The notes under the pieces: model-generated
The model's database searches: none
The model's input: only the letters and a program-made list of their open reading frames with translations
What the model was told of the DNA's origin: nothing
Part shown: positions 28,601 to 37,443 of the stretch, in pieces
How the letters are laid out: each line of letters starts with the position of its first letter
How positions within the stretch are numbered: the first letter of the stretch is position 1
Position numbers and translations under genes: made by a program
DNA from: a virus
Lineage: Duplodnaviria > Caudoviricetes
IMG/VR virus record: IMGVR_UViG_3300020045_017019
Location: 1 to 42,970 of that record
Strand: one strand, 5' to 3'
Length of the DNA stretch: 42,970 nt

Positions 28601-28963
28601 TTAAAAAGGTAAATCGTCATCTCCAGTACTTGGCAAATCAGATGGTGCTTGGTTTCCTACTACTGCGCTGCGCTTTTCGATGATGTCTATCTTGTAGGCT
28701 TTGATGGTATTCATTACACCCGATTTACCGTCTTTCTCCCATTTTCGCCCTTCTAAATTAAAGGCTACTTCTACCCGTTGGTTGGGTTTTATGTTATCGA
28801 CTTTTACGCAATTATCTTGTGCTAGTTGAAACTCAACAGGTGACGGATATTCAGGATTTCTACTGGTATCTACCCAAAATTTACGGACTGCATAATCATT
28901 GTTTTTCCCAAACATTTGGGTTTTTCCTGCACCTAAATAGATGCCTTCTACAGTGTTTGCCAT
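28601..28963 (-). CDS. DUF3127 family SSB-like protein
   Basis: EYPSPVEFQLAQD, FNLEGRKW, NTIKAYKI, C-terminal DDDLPF. Confidence 0.88.
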   Translation of the reverse strand: MANTVEGIYLGAGKTQMFGKNNDYAVRKFWVDTSRNPEYPSPVEFQLAQDNCVKVDNIKPNQRVEVAFNLEGRKWEKDGKSGVMNTIKAYKIDIIEKRSAVVGNQAPSDLPSTGDDDLPF

Positions 28964-28968
28964 TTTTA

Positions 28969-29017
28969 ATTGTGATTGAGTGAATTGTGAATGAGTGATT
29001 TAGTGAATGAGTGAATT
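28969..29017 (+). repeat. TTAGTGA-type tandem repeat
   Basis: attgtgattgagtgaattgtgaatgagtgatttagtgaatgagtgaatt. Confidence 0.85.
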
Positions 29018-29282
29018 AATCAACTAGTAAATCTATTTTCGTGTCAATGCCAAGTATTTTGATATGTACTTCTTCAGCATATTCATTGATGTCTAATTCT
29101 CCACTTCTTATTAACTCAATTTTATTTGCAAGCTTTTTGTACAATTCTAGTTTAGTCTCAAGTATTGTTTTCTCAACATCAGATTCAATACTATTGTAAA
29201 TCTCAATTGCTTTAGCATCTAAAAATGAAGCTGAAAAGTTAATCTTTGAAAAAAGATACTTTAGTTTTTCTGTTAAATTCAT
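29016..29282 (-). CDS. Hypothetical protein (88 aa)
   Basis: ORF between primase and SSB. Confidence 0.65.
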   Translation of the reverse strand: MNLTEKLKYLFSKINFSASFLDAKAIEIYNSIESDVEKTILETKLELYKKLANKIELIRSGELDINEYAEEVHIKILGIDTKIDLLVD

Positions 29283-29294
29283 TCGTTTAGTTGT

Positions 29295-32200
29295 TTAAAA
29301 TGGTAAATCCTTCTTTTTATCTGGTACTAAAAAATTAATTTCTTCTTGCTTTACTTCTGGTACTTCTTGGTTATTGGCACGGATGTAAATCATTTCGCAG
29401 GCTTTTTTCTCTGTCTGGTCTTGCTCAAATCGTCCGCCTCGGTATTCGTATTTATGTTCTTTTCGGCTGATACGTCCATCCTTGGTGGTATGCAAATCTT
29501 TTGGATTTAGCTGATAGCCGTTGTACAAACACCAATAGTTTACTTTATCTATAAATCCGTTTGATGTTAGCTTGCTATCGCCCAAATCTACTTGGTAAGA
29601 TTTGAAGGCGAAACCACGCTGTATGTAAGCATTCAGGCGGCCATCTTCTGAACCGAAAAAGGTGTCTGCCCAGGAGTGGAATGATGGCCCCATTTTGGCA
29701 CGATAGGTGTTTTCCATGACTGATTTCATCGGTGGGTCTATCTTACCTACTTTTAGCCATACCTGTACACAACACGCCATTGTGTTTAGCCAGTAGTTGT
29801 TTTCCTCTTTAGTAAATTCCTTAAAGAGGTTTTTGCCAAATTCTTTTTTAGGGTCACGCTCTTCCCGGTATTCACCATTTGGGTTTTTGTGGTAATAGTC
29901 TGAAAAAGTTGTAAACCACATACGTCTTTGGGTTGCTGAGTCGGTTTGCCTTGGCGGAAAGTTGGATGTAATACAAAGTTTTGGGGAATCATCAAAGCTG
30001 ATAATATTTGCATCCAAACCCTTTTTCATAGCTTCCATACTACCTGTTACGATTGAAAAAAACCTTGAAAAATCAAGATATTCGTGGGCATCATCCACAT
30101 AGATTAAATCCGTATGTTCGTTCACGGGGCCAAATAAAAACTGGTTCGTGGTTACGTCAGATTTACGCCCTTCTATGTAATGGTGCTTCATCAAATGCTG
30201 GAGTGACCCGTAATAAGCAATTGATTTCCCCGTACCTCCGTAAGACTGCCCAACTACCTGTACATAATCCATCGCCCATATACAAAAACTTTGGGCAGGT
30301 TCTTTGTATCTGTGAAGCAAATAGCCCAAAGAGGTTATCTTATTCAGCAAATGAATCTTTTGTTCACGGATTTGTTCAGCGTCTAGCAATGGGCCATCAA
30401 TGGCAAACTGATACTTTTTGCGGTATTCGTCTTGCTTTGCCAAAGGTTCTTTATCCAACCTTTCTTCCAATTCTTCCCGCCAATGTACACGGCTAGTATT
30501 GATTAAATAGTTGAGGAATAAACAATCCTTTTGGGTAATTTCAATATCCCATTCACCGTCTTTAGTTTGGAATACCTTAAATGGTGTATCGAGTTTTTTA
30601 ATATCATGCTTGATAATCTCATCCGCCCAAACGTATTTGTTAGACTTTTTGGGGCTGTATTCTTCTATCACATCGGCAGTGATACGCCAATGTTTGTTTT
30701 CAAAAAATAGCCATTGGCTATGTTTATCATGGGCTGTGAAATCTATCTGAATATCCTCTACAGCTTCCAAGGAATTGTCCGATACATCTGGCGAACGATG
30801 GAAAGTATTGATTAATCGGCGTTCAAAAGAACGATCACGAAGGAAGTTCTTCAGAAACTTTCTTGCCTTTTCACCATCGCATTCTTCGACAACATTTTCA
30901 GTGACCCTCACCATCATCGGGTCTTTACGGTTAATGATATTGATACGGCCGTAACCGTGTTTGTATAGGAAATTATAAATCAATTCAGGGTCGGGCTTAT
31001 ATTCCTTTACTACCATCCCGTTTTCCATCATCGGCTCGCCTTTGCGGTTGTACTTATCTTTGGTTTCCCAAAATTTTAGTGGGTAACTTCTGGATAATAA
31101 TCCTTTAAAATCTGAATGATGATAGAAGTTAAAATAGTCTTTAAGGTCTTTACAAGCTTTTCCGTTTTTATCGTCTCGGTAACGTTTTAGGGTTTCGGGT
31201 AGATCAATAATATGTAAATCCAGAAATTCAAGAGCCAGCTTCATGGCTTCGTCTTTGCCGGTGGTATCTAAATCGCCCACATAATAAATTACGTGTGCCA
31301 TGCCTTTTAGTTTGAAAAAGGGAACGTCTGATTTCTTGATAGTTTCAGAATTAAACCAAACTACATTATAGCCGAGTGCTGCTAAGTTTAGGGCATCTGA
31401 ACCACCTGTACAGATAATGATTTCAGGAAGTTTTGTAAAGCCGTTTTTATTGGCTTCTTTAGCTCTATCGTTTTCTTCCTCATCATCAGTATTTTTTGAT
31501 GAACCTTTTTTGGCGCTTTCTAGTAGGGCTTCGTAAGCCCAAGTACACTGCGATAACCCAAAAGTATATTGCTGTGGCTTTATTCCGAATGAAAAAAAAC
31601 GATGCTCGCTATTAACCTCAAGTGGCTTATATATTTTCTGCCAGCTATCCTCATCAAACATAAAGATAGGATACGAAGGAGTGCTTGTAAGTGAATGTAT
31701 AAGTTTTTTGTTTTCATTTACTTTTTTAGTTACGGGGTCTTTCTCAAACCCTAAAAACTCATAATAGAGGATGTTTTTAAAATTGTATTTATCAAAAACC
31801 TTTTTAGCGTTATATAAGCCTAGTTCATCCCCTGTTAATTTAACCTTCAAATCATCGGCATTTTTACTACACAAATATTTCCAGACATTTCTCGAAAAAA
31901 TTCTTTGTGCATCCAGAATAGTAAAATCTTTTGCCTCCCAATAAGCATAAGAATCCTTTTCAATAGTAGGTACTCTTCTGTGATATATTGCTGCTATTTT
32001 TGGGGCTTTTTTGCCTTCTACTTCAATATTGAAGGTACTTGCCAAAAATTTGAGGGTTTCGGCAAAGTCTAGCCCTTCCTGACGCATGGCAATATCTATC
32101 GGGCTGAGTAATTCGCCAGATTGAAAGCTTTTTACTCGCCAAATGCCATTATAGAAGTATAGCACACAAGAAGGATTGGGATCTTCTTCTTTAGAGACTA

Positions 32201-32312
32201 TCCTGAACTTATGGTTTTTTTTATCTACACCTTGGGCAGCATCTGGGAAGTATTTTATAATAATATCAAGCCCGCCGTTGGTACAGCTATACAGTATTTG
32301 GGGAGTAATCAT
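29295..32312 (-). CDS. Primase-helicase (TOPRIM plus SF3-like ATPase)
   Basis: IICTGGSDA and GDLDTTG TOPRIM motifs; GGTGKS, YVDDA, ITSN helicase motifs; DLPF tail. Confidence 0.88.
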   Translation of the reverse strand: MITPQILYSCTNGGLDIIIKYFPDAAQGVDKKNHKFRIVSKEEDPNPSCVLYFYNGIWRVKSFQSGELLSPIDIAMRQEGLDFAETLKFLASTFNIEVEGKKAPKIAAIYHRRVPTIEKDSYAYWEAKDFTILDAQRIFSRNVWKYLCSKNADDLKVKLTGDELGLYNAKKVFDKYNFKNILYYEFLGFEKDPVTKKVNENKKLIHSLTSTPSYPIFMFDEDSWQKIYKPLEVNSEHRFFSFGIKPQQYTFGLSQCTWAYEALLESAKKGSSKNTDDEEENDRAKEANKNGFTKLPEIIICTGGSDALNLAALGYNVVWFNSETIKKSDVPFFKLKGMAHVIYYVGDLDTTGKDEAMKLALEFLDLHIIDLPETLKRYRDDKNGKACKDLKDYFNFYHHSDFKGLLSRSYPLKFWETKDKYNRKGEPMMENGMVVKEYKPDPELIYNFLYKHGYGRINIINRKDPMMVRVTENVVEECDGEKARKFLKNFLRDRSFERRLINTFHRSPDVSDNSLEAVEDIQIDFTAHDKHSQWLFFENKHWRITADVIEEYSPKKSNKYVWADEIIKHDIKKLDTPFKVFQTKDGEWDIEITQKDCLFLNYLINTSRVHWREELEERLDKEPLAKQDEYRKKYQFAIDGPLLDAEQIREQKIHLLNKITSLGYLLHRYKEPAQSFCIWAMDYVQVVGQSYGGTGKSIAYYGSLQHLMKHHYIEGRKSDVTTNQFLFGPVNEHTDLIYVDDAHEYLDFSRFFSIVTGSMEAMKKGLDANIISFDDSPKLCITSNFPPRQTDSATQRRMWFTTFSDYYHKNPNGEYREERDPKKEFGKNLFKEFTKEENNYWLNTMACCVQVWLKVGKIDPPMKSVMENTYRAKMGPSFHSWADTFFGSEDGRLNAYIQRGFAFKSYQVDLGDSKLTSNGFIDKVNYWCLYNGYQLNPKDLHTTKDGRISRKEHKYEYRGGRFEQDQTEKKACEMIYIRANNQEVPEVKQEEINFLVPDKKKDLPF

Positions 32313-32332
32313 ATAGTTACAAGTTACTTTTG

Positions 32333-32539
32333 TTACAGTTTTTGCCTTGATTTTAAGGCATTTTTTAGGTGTTCTATTTTTTCAGAAAGGTCTTTTGCGT
32401 GTGCTACGGCAAAGCTTTGAAAATAGATAACCTGTTTTTGGAATACCTGCCATTCGCCCAATTGCTTTTTGTAGTATGCAAGGGTGTCGATAATATCTTG
32501 GTCGGACATTTCGGCTATTGGGCGATTGGTACGTATCAT
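32333..32539 (-). CDS. Hypothetical coiled-coil protein (68 aa)
   Basis: ORF. Confidence 0.6.
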   Translation of the reverse strand: MIRTNRPIAEMSDQDIIDTLAYYKKQLGEWQVFQKQVIYFQSFAVAHAKDLSEKIEHLKNALKSRQKL

Positions 32540-32688
32540 TTACTGACGATTAACAGGCTTAGCAAGCCTATGCTACAGATAAAAATGGTGACGGATAATT
32601 CGATAAAGGCTACCTGAAAGCCATCTGACTTATTATCAAACCAAGCCTCAAAGGCTTGATATGCTTTTGTTTTTGCTATGTATTCCAT
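32536..32688 (-). CDS. 50-aa membrane peptide (MEYIAKTKAYQAFEAWF...)
   Basis: Not in track; A-rich start, C-terminal hydrophobic helix, ATGA overlap with next gene. Confidence 0.6.
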   Translation of the reverse strand: MEYIAKTKAYQAFEAWFDNKSDGFQVAFIELSVTIFICSIGLLSLLIVSK

Positions 32689-32730
32689 CGTGATTGATTA
32701 TTTAAAAGTTTAAGAATTATTAAAGTTTAG

Positions 32731-32759
32731 AATACCGGGCAGAAGCTCTGCCCGATATT
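32731..32759 (-). terminator. GC-rich hairpin, possible attenuator
   Basis: AATAcCGGGCAGA-agc-TCTGCCCGaTATT; weak U-tract. Confidence 0.5.
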
Positions 32760-32865
32760 ACTTCAATACGCCTAAGGTTTTGCGAGTAGGTAGCCCGCCA
32801 AGGCATCCTACCCAAGTTATACCGTCAGAATATCCGATGGCATACACTGCAATACTCCTGTATTT

Positions 32866-32943
32866 TTAACTTTTCTTTTGGCTAACCTTAAAGGCAAGCC
32901 AGATGCCGAATAGTAGCCAAGCTAGGATTGATAGTGGTATCAT
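32866..32943 (-). CDS. 25-aa membrane peptide MIPLSILAWLLFGIWLAFKVSQKKS
   Basis: ATGA-coupled to upstream gene; single hydrophobic helix. Confidence 0.45.
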   Translation of the reverse strand: MIPLSILAWLLFGIWLAFKVSQKKS

Positions 32944-33242
32944 AGGGCTTGTATAGCTTTTTTGACTGAATCTTGATATAAAATCTGTTTAACGAAATTA
33001 TCTAGCACTCCAAATCTAAGCCTCACTTTAAACGCCACTGCACTTTTAGCCTTTTTTAGTAAAGTCTGTGGATTGAGTGGCGACTTTAAATCTTCTAAAA
33101 ACAAGGTTCTATTAAATGCTACGCCTAAAGCTTTGTTGGCTTTTACTGATTTTACTGATTGAACTTTTGCAAAAAGGCGACGGCGACGCACTGCCTTTTT
33201 TGCTCGTTTTTGAGCAATGTTTTGTGCTTTGATATTCTGCAT
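32940..33242 (-). CDS. Arg/Lys-rich early protein
   Basis: AQKRAKKAVRRRRLF N-terminus. Confidence 0.6.
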   Translation of the reverse strand: MQNIKAQNIAQKRAKKAVRRRRLFAKVQSVKSVKANKALGVAFNRTLFLEDLKSPLNPQTLLKKAKSAVAFKVRLRFGVLDNFVKQILYQDSVKKAIQAL

Positions 33243-33253
33243 TATTGTGGGAT

Positions 33254-33520
33254 TTATGATGCTTGTAATTGTTTCTCTTTGTTGGTTTCTAAAAGCTTGC
33301 GGATGTTCTTCATTTCAGAAGGTTCAGGCGTACTTTTTAGGGTTTTGATATTTTGTAGGCGTTGATATTTATTGACTAAAGCCATGCCTCTGAGATTCAT
33401 GCAAAAGGTATCCACATAGGTAGAAATCCAATTTTCAGGAAGGCGACCAGCTATGTCTAAAAATTCACCTTTTAGCTCTGTAGTTTTACCGTTTAATAAT
33501 TTTCGGCTATTCTTTCCCAT
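33254..33520 (-). CDS. First early gene, Cro-position regulator candidate
   Basis: 88 aa basic protein divergent from repressor. Confidence 0.5.
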   Translation of the reverse strand: MGKNSRKLLNGKTTELKGEFLDIAGRLPENWISTYVDTFCMNLRGMALVNKYQRLQNIKTLKSTPEPSEMKNIRKLLETNKEKQLQAS

Positions 33521-33556
33521 ATTTTTTACGGTTTCAATCTTGATTTTTTATACTTT

Positions 33557-33637
33557 TACAAGTAGTATTTACAAGTAATTATTACTTGTACAAATATAGA
33601 TATAATACTGTGAATTATCCAAGTAATACTTGGATAA
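33557..33637. promoter_or_regulatory. Lysis-lysogeny switch: operators and leftward promoter
   Basis: Palindromes TACAAGTAAT-t-ATTACTTGTA (33570-33590) and TTATCCAAGTA-a-TACTTGGATAA (33615-33637) flank a minus-strand TATATTTG at 33591-33598. Confidence 0.8.
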
Positions 33638-33662
33638 AAATCAATTTTAAACCTAATTTATA

Positions 33663-34052
33663 ATGAGTACAAATAATCATTTTGGAGAAAGCCTTAAAGC
33701 GTACCTTGAAGCCAAAGGACTCAAGGGTACTTGGTTGGCAAAAAGGCTAGGAAAAACATCATCGGCAGTTTATGAATACTATAAATTCAAAAATCCACGA
33801 CCCGAAACTGAGAAGTTGATTTTAGATGCACTAGAAATTTCATTAGAAGAATTACTGAGTTATACATCGGACAGCGTAGTGCAAGAAAAGCAAGGCGAGT
33901 ACAAACCCAAAGCTATCTACAAAACAAAGGACGAACTTGATTTTGAGAAGGCTAAAAGGGAATGGCAAATTAAAGAAAACGAATACCTAAGGCAGATTAA
34001 CGAATTACAGCAAGCTAGGATTAAAGAATTAGAAGAGCAAAGCAGGGCGTAG
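33663..34052 (+). CDS. CI-like XRE HTH repressor
   Basis: GESLKAYLEAKGLKGTWLAKRLGKTSSAVYEY HTH; coiled-coil C-terminus, no S24 peptidase. Confidence 0.85.
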   Translation: MSTNNHFGESLKAYLEAKGLKGTWLAKRLGKTSSAVYEYYKFKNPRPETEKLILDALEISLEELLSYTSDSVVQEKQGEYKPKAIYKTKDELDFEKAKREWQIKENEYLRQINELQQARIKELEEQSRA

Positions 34053-34212
34053 CTGCCCGACACCTAACATCCGCCAAAAAAACTTAGTTATTTATTTTCT
34101 ATTAAAGAAGTTCAGTAATTGAACTTGAGATAAATACCTTAACCATTTATAGACATAAAAATATTCTTTCTTAAAATTTTACCTAAGTAGATAAATAAAA
34201 CATACAGCTAGC

Positions 34213-35100
34213 ATGAATTTTATTACAATTGACTTTGAAACTGCAAACAACTTTAAAAGAAGTGCCTGTGCATTAGGACTTGTAAAAGTAGAAAACGGCA
34301 CTATTACCGAAAAAAAAGAATGGTTGATAAAGCCTACTCCATTTGAGGTTGGATATTACCAAAAACAAGTACATAATATAAGTATTGAACAACTTGTTGA
34401 TAAGCCAACCTTTGATGAAATATGGACTGAAATTAAATCATACATCGAAAATCAAACTATTATTGCCCACAACGGTGCTTTTGATTTTGGGGTTTTAAAA
34501 CATCTTTTTTTACATTATGAGATTGCTCCTATTGATTATAATACGATTTGTTCTCTTCAACTTTCCCGCAAATTATGGCATGGGGAATTGAGCTATGGGC
34601 TGAGTTCATTGGTAGAGACAAAGCTTGATAATTTTATATTTAATCATCACAATGCTTTAGAAGACGCTGAAGCTTGTGCAAGGTTGATGTTGAAAATGAT
34701 TGATACATTTTCAATAACAGATTTATCGGGAATAATACAATCAGATAATGGTGTTTCTGGTAAAAGACCAGGGAATAAAATACAACCCAAAAAAGAGTTT
34801 AAAGGAGAAATAAACCAAACAGAACAACATATATTTTTTGAAACAGAAGTAGTATTTACGGGTACATTAGATTATTTCGTTAGAAGCGAAGCCGAAACCA
34901 TCATTCATAACCTTGGAGGCAATACATCAAACAGTGTAACAACCAGAACCAATTATTTAGTAATGGGCCAACAAGACATCTATAAGGTAGGGCAAGGCTT
35001 AAAATCAAGCAAAGTAAAAAAAGCTGAAACGTTAGCTGAAAAAGGGCAGGATATTCAGCTTATCAGTGAAAAAGAATTTATAGAAATGCTTTCAAATTAA
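34213..35100 (+). CDS. DEDDh 3'-5' exonuclease (DnaQ-like) fused to BRCT
   Basis: IDFET, AHNGAFD, HHNALEDA; VVFTGTL..GG..VTTRTNYLVMG BRCT. Confidence 0.92.
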   Translation: MNFITIDFETANNFKRSACALGLVKVENGTITEKKEWLIKPTPFEVGYYQKQVHNISIEQLVDKPTFDEIWTEIKSYIENQTIIAHNGAFDFGVLKHLFLHYEIAPIDYNTICSLQLSRKLWHGELSYGLSSLVETKLDNFIFNHHNALEDAEACARLMLKMIDTFSITDLSGIIQSDNGVSGKRPGNKIQPKKEFKGEINQTEQHIFFETEVVFTGTLDYFVRSEAETIIHNLGGNTSNSVTTRTNYLVMGQQDIYKVGQGLKSSKVKKAETLAEKGQDIQLISEKEFIEMLSN

Positions 35101-35107
35101 TCAGAAA

Positions 35108-35536
35108 TTGGAAAATACAACTCAAACTAATTATAAGCGTATAGCTATAAGATTGATTTTGAAACTAGATGATAATACAGAGCTATCAAAAAGTGAAAAT
35201 CAAGACGAAAAGAAGAGAAAGAAAATAGAAGCAATAATAGAGCGTCGGTATAAAAACGAGATTGGTCACTGGATGGTTGTGTTAAAAATTATGGAGAAAA
35301 ACCTTCCTAAAAACAAATTCAGACGCTTTGTAAATTTGAAACCCTTGATTAACAAAAGTGCCAAAATGGTTACAGAAGTAAAAGATTTTCTTGATTTTAC
35401 AGACTATTTAATTGAAAGAAGAAACGTATCCGATGACATGGAATTAGGGCTTTTGGCTACATTACATACTAAGTTTCAAAAAGTAATTGAGTTAGAATTT
35501 AAAAGAATATTAGAAACAAATATCAATATATTATAA
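35108..35536 (+). CDS. Hypothetical protein (142 aa)
   Basis: ORF in lysogeny operon. Confidence 0.6.
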   Translation: MENTTQTNYKRIAIRLILKLDDNTELSKSENQDEKKRKKIEAIIERRYKNEIGHWMVVLKIMEKNLPKNKFRRFVNLKPLINKSAKMVTEVKDFLDFTDYLIERRNVSDDMELGLLATLHTKFQKVIELEFKRILETNINIL

Positions 35537-35546
35537 CCTTTTAAAA

Positions 35547-35900
35547 ATGGAAAAATTAAGAATATCGCCTAAGTATTTTATGCCAGCATTAATTATTGTT
35601 GGCTTGATAGCCATATTTGGCTTTAAGAAAATCAACAGAAAAGAAGAGTATGCTGTGGCAATAATTCAACATAGGTTGCTATCCAACAAAGTAAATGTTA
35701 CGATAGACTATGGGCAAAAAAGACCATTTTTAGAAGATGGTCGATTGAAAGATAAAGACGGTAACATAATAAAGTTTAACAGTGCCGTAGATGTAATGAA
35801 CTACATGAATTATGATGGCTGGGATTTTATTAACGCTGCCATCATCCCACAGGGTAATACCTATGAAGAATCATTATATTTTTCACGCTCTATCGAATAA
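35547..35900 (+). CDS. Membrane-anchored hypothetical protein
   Basis: N-terminal hydrophobic helix; IDYGQ..KFNSAVDVMNYMNYDGWDF. Confidence 0.7.
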   Translation: MEKLRISPKYFMPALIIVGLIAIFGFKKINRKEEYAVAIIQHRLLSNKVNVTIDYGQKRPFLEDGRLKDKDGNIIKFNSAVDVMNYMNYDGWDFINAAIIPQGNTYEESLYFSRSIE

Positions 35901-35937
35901 CGTTTATTCAATAAAGTCAGCAAAATAACACGTTTAA

Positions 35938-36145
35938 TTTCAACATTATTTCAACATGGTTTTGTATATGTTTGATTATTAGGCAATTATACATAGGTTT
36001 CTGAAACGGCTCTGGGTACGAAAATCAAGAAAAACCCCTTTCAGATGCTCTGAAAGGGGTTTTTCCGTTTCAACACCCTTTCAACTTGGTAATATTCACG
36101 CACGGAGCTAGTATTTCGGTGGCTCATTTCAACATTTTTCAACAT
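35938..36145. other. attP region: core CGGCTCTGGGTAC (36007-36019) and three TTTCAAC-n4-TTTCAAC arm-type pairs
   Basis: Pairs near 35938, 36068, 36127; core resembles the T-stem/acceptor 3' end of a tRNA-Leu; adjacent to integrase. Confidence 0.72.
36029..36065. terminator. Terminator after att core
   Basis: GAAAAACCCCTTTCAGA-tgc-TCTGAAAGGGGTTTTTC. Confidence 0.85.
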
Positions 36146-37355
36146 GATATTTTCGGTAAAGCTCAAAATCAATAAACAGCGTGTTGGCTCGGATGGCTAT
36201 GCCGCTTTGTTTTTTCAGGTGATTATTGATTCTAAGAAAACTACGGTTAGCCTTGATTTGAAATGGTTGGTGTCTTGCTTTGATGAAGAAAAAGGCATTA
36301 TTGTGATGCGTGATAAAAAAGATAAGGATTATCACGACTATAAGATGATTATCGAAAACAAGCATTCCGAAATCAATGAAATTCTGAAATTCTACAGGCT
36401 TTCTGGCAAAAAGCTGGATATTGATATTTTTAAGGCTGAGATTATGAATACAAAATCTCGCTTAGATTTTATAGCGTTCTGGAAAACCACAATTCAGGAG
36501 CGGTACGACAAACAGATTATCTCTGAACAAACCCGAAAGAATAATAACAGCTCGCTAAAAATGCTGATGCGGTTTACTCCTAGCTTATTGTTCAAAGATA
36601 TTGATCAACAATTAATTGAAAATTATCAACAATTTATACGCCGACAAATTTCCCCTACTGGCAAACATTATCGGATTAATTCTGTAGCAAAATGTCTTAC
36701 GGATTTAAAATTCTATTTAAAGCTTGCAGCATCGTCGGGCATTGTTTTTGATGAACCTTTTACAAATATCAAAATCGCTACCAACAAAGGCTCTATTACT
36801 TATCTGGATAAATATGAGCTTGCAAAGGTTTGGCAGTATTTCCATACTGAAAATATCAAGGAAGCCCACAAAACCGTATTAAGGCATTTTCTGTTTGCTT
36901 GCTTTACGGGTTTACGGCATTCGGATTTGGAGCGGATAAGCTGGCGAGAAATTAAGCAGAAGAAGGAACTGGAGTTTGAACCTTACAAAACCCGTGAGCT
37001 ACAAAAAACGATAACTGTACCATTGTGCGAGAACGCCTTTGGGTTGATTGAAACTAAAAAAGGCAATTTATTTCGGGTGTATGTTACCCAAAAATCTAAT
37101 GTGATATTGAAAGAAATTGCTGAACAATGCGGAATCTACAAAAACCTTACAACCCATGTGGCACGGCATACTTTTGCAACGCAATTCCTAGAAAGAGGTG
37201 GCAAACTGGAAGTATTGAAGGAGTTGCTGGGACACACAAAGATTGAAACTACGATGATTTACGTACACGTTACGGCGGAACAGAAGCGTAACCAAATAAA
37301 ATTGCTGGATAGTATTTTTCTGCCGACGGCTGTTCAAAATGCTGTGAATCTGTAG
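36144..37355 (+). CDS. int: Tyrosine integrase
   Basis: GLRHSD, HVARHTFA, LLGH, TTMIY catalytic motifs; arm-binding N-terminus. Confidence 0.96.
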   Translation: MIFSVKLKINKQRVGSDGYAALFFQVIIDSKKTTVSLDLKWLVSCFDEEKGIIVMRDKKDKDYHDYKMIIENKHSEINEILKFYRLSGKKLDIDIFKAEIMNTKSRLDFIAFWKTTIQERYDKQIISEQTRKNNNSSLKMLMRFTPSLLFKDIDQQLIENYQQFIRRQISPTGKHYRINSVAKCLTDLKFYLKLAASSGIVFDEPFTNIKIATNKGSITYLDKYELAKVWQYFHTENIKEAHKTVLRHFLFACFTGLRHSDLERISWREIKQKKELEFEPYKTRELQKTITVPLCENAFGLIETKKGNLFRVYVTQKSNVILKEIAEQCGIYKNLTTHVARHTFATQFLERGGKLEVLKELLGHTKIETTMIYVHVTAEQKRNQIKLLDSIFLPTAVQNAVNL

Positions 37356-37408
37356 AATGAATAGCCACAACATGCCAAAAACGTGTAACAACTGTAACCT
37401 GTAACAAC

Positions 37409-37442
37409 AAAAAAGCCTGCCAGTAATTTGGCAGGCTTTTTT
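37409..37442. terminator. Bidirectional terminator between integrase and holin
   Basis: AAAAAAGCCTGCCA-n6-TGGCAGGCTTTTTT. Confidence 0.88.
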
Positions 37443-37443
37443 G

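Noticed and set aside
28088-29017. CRISPR array or mini-array
   Set aside because: Degenerate 7-8-mers without unique regular spacers; no cas genes
631-32312. Stop-codon reassignment
   Set aside because: Core genes are full length in the standard code and all three stops are used
468-33365. Plus-strand ORFs in the track (e.g. 3044-3478, 3497-3919, 16041-16505, 30053-30496)
   Set aside because: Antisense shadows of well-supported minus-strand genes, no motifs
35990-36025. Complete tRNA gene
   Set aside because: Only about 13 nt resemble a tRNA 3' end; no cloverleaf upstream
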